A stretch of 64,000 bases of DNA from an uncultured Algibacter sp. (GTDB lineage Bacteria > Bacteroidota > Bacteroidia > Flavobacteriales > Flavobacteriaceae). Of this stretch, positions 59,232-64,000 are shown one piece after another. The position numbers and the translations under genes were made by a program. Position 1 is the stretch's first letter. Every line of letters begins with the position of its first letter. The notes beneath the pieces are model-generated. The model was given only the letters and a program-made list of their open reading frames with translations. It was not told where the DNA came from and made no database searches. The stretch is taken from NCBI RefSeq assembly GCF_947487605.1, contig NZ_CANKXK010000011.1, positions 47,759 through 111,758 of the forward strand. The letters run 5' to 3'.

Positions 59232-60068
59232 CTAATTTAAAAATTTTAATGAAACCCAATTATTTCTTTCTAACTTTTCTTGAAATTTTAACAGATATTT
59301 TTCACATAAACCTTGAATTATTGGAATATCATCATTATAAAACCCGCTTAAAAATAGGCTGCCTCCTTTATTTAAACAAGAAACATAAATTTCCATATCT
59401 TGTAATAAAATATTCCGATTGATATTGGCTATAATAATGTCGTAAGTATTCTTTCCTAATACCGATGCATCACCTTCTATAACTGTAATGTTCTCACAAT
59501 TATTACGTTCTACATTTTCTAAACTGTTTAAATAACACCAATTATCATAATCTATGGCATCTATAGCAGTTGCTCCTTTCATTTCTGCTAAAATTGCTAA
59601 AACACCCGTTCCACAGCCCATATCTAAAACCGACTTATTTGTAAAGTCATTTTTTATAATATGTTGAATCATCATATGAGTTGTTTCATGATGCCCTGTA
59701 CCAAAACTCATTTTTGGCTCTATGATGATATCATATTCAGTGTCAAATTTTTCATGAAACGGTGCGCGAACAGCACAAACATTATCTACAACTATGGGAT
59801 TAAAATTCTTTTCCCATTCAGCATTCCAATTAGTTTGTTCGATATCTTCAAAAGTGTAAGTAATATTGAATTCTCCAGATTTTAATATTTGAATATCATC
59901 AAGAATTGATTTATTCCATTCTACTTTTTGAATATAGGCTGTTACCCCTTCATCAGTTTCTACAAAACTTTCGAAACCAGCGTATCCTAATTCTGCTATA
60001 AGAATTTCTACTCCGGGTTGTATGGGTTGTACTTTAAAGTAATAACCAATGTAAATAGTATTAGACAT
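59232..60068 (-). CDS. prmA: Ribosomal protein L11 methyltransferase
   Basis: PKMSFGTGHHETT, VLDMGCGTGVLAI, IANIN. Confidence 0.95.
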   Translation of the reverse strand: MSNTIYIGYYFKVQPIQPGVEILIAELGYAGFESFVETDEGVTAYIQKVEWNKSILDDIQILKSGEFNITYTFEDIEQTNWNAEWEKNFNPIVVDNVCAVRAPFHEKFDTEYDIIIEPKMSFGTGHHETTHMMIQHIIKNDFTNKSVLDMGCGTGVLAILAEMKGATAIDAIDYDNWCYLNSLENVERNNCENITVIEGDASVLGKNTYDIIIANINRNILLQDMEIYVSCLNKGGSLFLSGFYNDDIPIIQGLCEKYLLKFQEKLERNNWVSLKFLN

Positions 60069-60099
60069 TGCTTGAGAAATATAATTTACGGGTAAGCCC

Positions 60100-60251
60100 G
60101 CGTTAGCGATTGTAGTGAAACATTTATGTTCATGAATTCATTCATATAAAATAGAAATGCATGAATAAAATCCCACTGGGAGCCCCATTACCAGGGTGCT
60201 CAAGGACTTGTAACGTAAGGCGCAACCCACGTGTTAAACGTGGGTAAGGCC
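60100..60251 (+). ncRNA. Flavo-1-like element, divergent copy with AT-rich insertion
   Basis: GCGTTAGCGATTGTAGTGAAA...AGGACTTGTAACGTAAGGCGCAACCC..GGGTAAGGCC, colinear with 46726-46819. Confidence 0.5.
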
Positions 60252-60303
60252 ATAAAAATTTATACAGATTCCATCTTCATGGAAATGAAAAAACTATTTT
60301 TAA

Positions 60304-61053
60304 TTAAAACGCGTTTACTATTGCGTAAAAATCTTCTGCATTAAGCGATGCACCACCAATTAAACCGCCGTCAACATCTGGTTTTGAGAAAATTTCTTCA
60401 GCGTTTGCTGGTTTTACACTACCACCGTAAAGAATTGACACTTCGTCTGCAATATTATTACCATATTTATCTGCTAATGTCTTTCTTATAAATGCATGCA
60501 TATCTTGCGCTTGCTCTGGACTTGCAGTTTCGCCAGTGCCAATAGCCCAAACTGGCTCATAAGCCAATACAATGTTTTGAAATGCCGCTGCTTCTAAATG
60601 AAATAACGCATTTTTAATTTGACCACCAACAACAGCTTCTTCATTACCAGATTTTCTGTCTGCTAATTCTTCACCAAAACAAAAAATAATACGCATACTA
60701 TTTGCTAAGGCTGCATCTACTTTTTTAGCTAGTAGCTCATCAGTTTCATTAAAATATTCGCGACGCTCGCTATGACCTAAAATAACGGTTTCTACACCTA
60801 CACTTTTTAACATACTAGCACTAATTTCTCCAGTATAAGCACCGTTAGCTGCAAAATGCATGTTTTGAGCTACAACTTCAATATTTGAAGTTCTTAATGC
60901 TTCGAATGCATGATATAAATTTGTAAAAGTAGGTGCTACCATTACTTCTGCATTTGAAGATTGGTTTTGCTTTTTTAAATCTGACAACAACGCTTCAGTC
61001 TGCGCTAAATCGTTATTCATTTTCCAGTTTCCGGCAACAATTTGTTTTCTCAT
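60304..61053 (-). CDS. tpiA: Triose-phosphate isomerase
   Basis: AGNWKM, GHSERR, AYEPVWAIGTG, YGGSV, GGASL. Confidence 0.98.
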   Translation of the reverse strand: MRKQIVAGNWKMNNDLAQTEALLSDLKKQNQSSNAEVMVAPTFTNLYHAFEALRTSNIEVVAQNMHFAANGAYTGEISASMLKSVGVETVILGHSERREYFNETDELLAKKVDAALANSMRIIFCFGEELADRKSGNEEAVVGGQIKNALFHLEAAAFQNIVLAYEPVWAIGTGETASPEQAQDMHAFIRKTLADKYGNNIADEVSILYGGSVKPANAEEIFSKPDVDGGLIGGASLNAEDFYAIVNAF

Positions 61054-61118
61054 AAATATTGATTTTTTCTTCTATAAAAGAAGGTATTTAAGTATTTACT
61101 AATTCAATGCAAAAATAC

Positions 61119-61610
61119 TTAATTTCTTAGAGCTTTTATTAACTTATCATCATCAGCTTCAATAACATTAAATACAACGATTTCGCCAGCTTTATTTATA
61201 ACCATGTATCTAGGAATCCAACTAATATTTACAAAATCGCCAAAGTCACATTTCTTTTGATCTTGCATGTAATAATGTTCTCCTTCTACACCATACTTTT
61301 TTATACCGCGTTTCCAACGGTCTTCTCCTCTATCTAATGAAAAGAACAGGTAAACCACATCGGTATAATCTTTTTGTAGTGCTTTTACTTTAGGCATACC
61401 TTTAATGCAATCGCTACACCAAGAAGCCCAAATATCTATTACAATAGTTTTGCCTTTATGCTTTTTTAAAATTGATTTTAAAGTTACTTGATTGCCTTCT
61501 AAAGTAGTAAAGGTATCATTTAGAGCTTCTGGTGAAAACTTCGTAGGCTCTACAGTATTACAACTTAAAAAACTGACTAATAGTAATATTATATAACTCA
61601 TTTTTTTCAT
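61119..61610 (-). CDS. TlpA-family thioredoxin-like lipoprotein
   Basis: DIWASWCSDC, IPRY; lipobox FLSC. Confidence 0.85.
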   Translation of the reverse strand: MKKMSYIILLLVSFLSCNTVEPTKFSPEALNDTFTTLEGNQVTLKSILKKHKGKTIVIDIWASWCSDCIKGMPKVKALQKDYTDVVYLFFSLDRGEDRWKRGIKKYGVEGEHYYMQDQKKCDFGDFVNISWIPRYMVINKAGEIVVFNVIEADDDKLIKALRN

Positions 61611-61616
61611 AATTTG

Positions 61617-62693
61617 CTATTGCAATTTAACTTTTGGATCTAACCAAACATAGATTAGGTCGACAAAAATATTGATAATTACAAACATAGTTGCAATAAT
61701 TAAAACTGCTCCCATAATTACTGGTAAATCAAGTGTGTTTAAAGAATTAACAATTTCTTTTCCGAGACCATTCCAACCAAAAATATATTCCACAAAAACT
61801 GCTCCTGCCAACATGGATGCAAACCAACCTGAAATTGCTGTAACAACTGGATTTAATGCGTTTTTTACCGCATGCCTTTTAATAATTTGAAATTCACTAA
61901 GTCCTTTTGCTCTTGCCGTTCTTATATAATCTTGATTAAAAACTTCTAATAAAGAATTGCGCATTAATTGAATAACCACCGCTAATGGACGAATACCTAA
62001 TACGATTGCTGGTAATATTAAATTTTTCCATTTTATATGCATTGCTTCACCAAAATCGTCCAATTCATAAAGACTTCCTGTCATTTCTAAATTGGTGTAT
62101 TTATGAAGCAGATAGCCAAAAAACCAAGCAAATAAAATAGCACTAAAGAATGATGGTATACTCATACCTAGTGTGCTTAAAACCTGAATCGTTTTATCTA
62201 ACCAATTATCCTTAAACAAAGCAGAAATAACTCCTAAAAAGACACCAAAAATAATGGCAATTACTATGGCTGCAATAGCCAATACGAAAGTATTAGGGAG
62301 TGTTTCTTTTAAAACCTGACTTACTTGTTTTCCTTGTTTTGTAAAAGACTCTCTTAAATAAGGTAATTTTAATACTGTGGTCGTACCTCCAATTGAAAAC
62401 AATTTGGTTGCAGTGTATTTTCCTGCTTTTAAAAATGTATAATCTGCATCATTATTTGAGTGAAAAGAAACTGGAGACAAATCGTTAAGATAATAAAGGT
62501 ATTGTGTAGAAATAGACTTATCAAAACCATATTTCTGTTTTACTAAAGCTAACTGCTCGCTATCTTCATTTTGTCCAAGCATCATTTGTGCAGGATCTCC
62601 TGGAAGTACATTAAATAAAAGAAAAATAACGGTCACTACTCCAAATAATGTGAGTAAGGAATACGTTATTTTATTTAGCAGATAGTTTATCAA
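61617..62693 (-). CDS. Peptide/nickel ABC transporter permease (DppB/OppB-like)
   Basis: LPGDPA, DYIRTARAKGL (EAA loop), VEYIFGWNGLG, D.PVIMG. Confidence 0.92.
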   Translation of the reverse strand: MINYLLNKITYSLLTLFGVVTVIFLLFNVLPGDPAQMMLGQNEDSEQLALVKQKYGFDKSISTQYLYYLNDLSPVSFHSNNDADYTFLKAGKYTATKLFSIGGTTTVLKLPYLRESFTKQGKQVSQVLKETLPNTFVLAIAAIVIAIIFGVFLGVISALFKDNWLDKTIQVLSTLGMSIPSFFSAILFAWFFGYLLHKYTNLEMTGSLYELDDFGEAMHIKWKNLILPAIVLGIRPLAVVIQLMRNSLLEVFNQDYIRTARAKGLSEFQIIKRHAVKNALNPVVTAISGWFASMLAGAVFVEYIFGWNGLGKEIVNSLNTLDLPVIMGAVLIIATMFVIINIFVDLIYVWLDPKVKLQ

Positions 62694-62746
62694 TAAAAAA
62701 GTTTAATTGTTGATGTGTTTATTTATATGAGAACTAAAACCAAAAA

Positions 62747-63841
62747 CTATAATTTTAAATCACCAATATCATTCCAATGTACCTTTTGCTTTACTGTACC
62801 ATGAGCTAATTCTAAAATCCCTGGATTAGCACGCACTACAGTCTTTAATGCTTTTTCATCGCATAAATACCAATCGAAATCAACATTATAAGCCTCTTTA
62901 ATATGCTGTTTTGCCTCGTCTCCAGATGCTGTTAAGCCAATAATTGTATAACCCTTTTTAATAGCTTGATTTTGCAATTCTCTTAACTTTAAAGCACCAT
63001 CGCTTTCAATTTTTTCGAGACTATATGAAACGACCACAATTAAGTTTTCTTGCTCTAGATAGTGTGAAGTTAGATCTTCATCGTTACTTTCAATAGAAAA
63101 ATCTACAACAGGTGGTGTATAGCCTTCTTGTATAACTTTGGTTTCTACACTAACAAAATCACCATCCACAGAAGGGTATTGACCATTTGTTTTAATAACC
63201 TTTTCTTCTCCACCAATATTAAATTTCCAACTGTACTCTTGAATAGGTTTAGGAGCATCCTCAGGAATTTCCATACCTTCTTTAATATTGTTACCAATTT
63301 TATAAGCTCTAAAATCTATTGAAGGCAGGTGCATTAATACATGATAACCAAACCATAAACTTAAAATGAATCCCAAAAGTGCTAATACTGTTGTGGGTAG
63401 TTTTCCAAATATGGGTTTTATGTGCTTAACTCCAAAAAAGAGTATAACAATAAAAACTAAGAGAATAACATCTTTCCAAAAGGTTTCCCAAGGTTTAAGC
63501 TTTAAGAAATCACCAAAACATCCGCAGTCTTTTACTTTTTCGAAATAAGCAGCATAAAAAGTTAGGAATGTAAAAAAAACAATCATCCCTAAAAGGCTCC
63601 AAACTGTAAATTTAGGCTTATAGCCTATAAGTAAAAAGACGCCTAATACAACTTCGAATACAACAACAAAAATCGAAATCATTAATGCATAAGGTTCCAA
63701 AGAAGGAATATTTAAAACATCTTGACTAAAATATTCTTGAAGTTTATACGAGAACCCTAATGGATCATTGAGCTTTATAAAACCAGAGAATATAAATAAT
63801 ACACCTACTAATATTCTTGATATGCTTACTATTGCTTTCAT
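62747..63841 (-). CDS. DoxX-family membrane protein (BT_3928-like)
   Basis: RILVG.LFIFSGFIK..DP.GF, DCGCFGD, C-terminal thioredoxin-like RANPG. Confidence 0.8.
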   Translation of the reverse strand: MKAIVSISRILVGVLFIFSGFIKLNDPLGFSYKLQEYFSQDVLNIPSLEPYALMISIFVVVFEVVLGVFLLIGYKPKFTVWSLLGMIVFFTFLTFYAAYFEKVKDCGCFGDFLKLKPWETFWKDVILLVFIVILFFGVKHIKPIFGKLPTTVLALLGFILSLWFGYHVLMHLPSIDFRAYKIGNNIKEGMEIPEDAPKPIQEYSWKFNIGGEEKVIKTNGQYPSVDGDFVSVETKVIQEGYTPPVVDFSIESNDEDLTSHYLEQENLIVVVSYSLEKIESDGALKLRELQNQAIKKGYTIIGLTASGDEAKQHIKEAYNVDFDWYLCDEKALKTVVRANPGILELAHGTVKQKVHWNDIGDLKL

Positions 63842-63844
63842 ATT

Positions 63845-64000
63845 TTAGTTTTCATTTAAATGAATCATAGCAAAAACAGCATAATTAATCATATCTTGAT
63901 AATTAGCATCAACACCTTCACTTACCAATGTTTTTCCTTTATTATCTTCAATTTGCTTTACGCGTAAGAGTTTTTGCAAAATTAAATCGGTTAAACTGCT
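63845..64000 (-). CDS. DUF1599-like protein, C-terminal part (runs off window)
   Basis: SSLTDLILQKLLRVKQIEDNKGKTLVSEGVDANYQDMINYAVFAMIHLNEN*. Confidence 0.8.
   Translation of the reverse strand, partial: SSLTDLILQKLLRVKQIEDNKGKTLVSEGVDANYQDMINYAVFAMIHLNEN

Noticed and set aside
3956..63548. Numerous short antisense or overlapping ORFs in the track (e.g. 16139-16468, 42702-43094, 52186-52638, 57785-58183)
   Set aside because: They lie within well-supported genes on the opposite strand or another frame and have no recognisable motifs; treated as shadow ORFs

Overview
AT-rich chromosomal window from a Bacteroidota bacterium, most likely a marine Flavobacteriaceae (TAnnTTTG promoters, SusC/SusD, typical gene order). 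The backbone is housekeeping: ilvE, crcB, icmF-type mutase, purU, pyrF, prfA, nrdJ, purM, two glutamine synthetases, clpS, prmA, tpiA and tRNA-Arg(ACG). There are two accessory blocks. (1) An ECF/FecR-controlled beta-mannan PUL (SusC, SusD, SGBP, GH26, GH2; ~19.2-33.0 kb). (2) A ~9 kb sulfide/sulfane-sulfur locus (DsrE2, TusE/DsrC-like, SQR, FadL-like outer-membrane channel, cytochrome c, Crp/Fnr, 2x YeeE, TauE, persulfide dioxygenase-rhodanese, HMA; ~49.7-58.9 kb). Four promoters in the sulfur locus carry Crp/Fnr-type palindromes exactly 22 nt upstream of the -7 element, and an identical box sits before nrdJ. Non-coding features include a two-copy ~132-bp MITE, two Flavo-1-like RNAs, a Trp-rich leader peptide with a terminator before an MFS transporter, a triple BlaI operator, recurring ECF-type promoter motifs, several sORFs below the ORF-track cut-off and one gene with an in-frame TGA. 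All family assignments come from motif recognition by eye; no database search was run.
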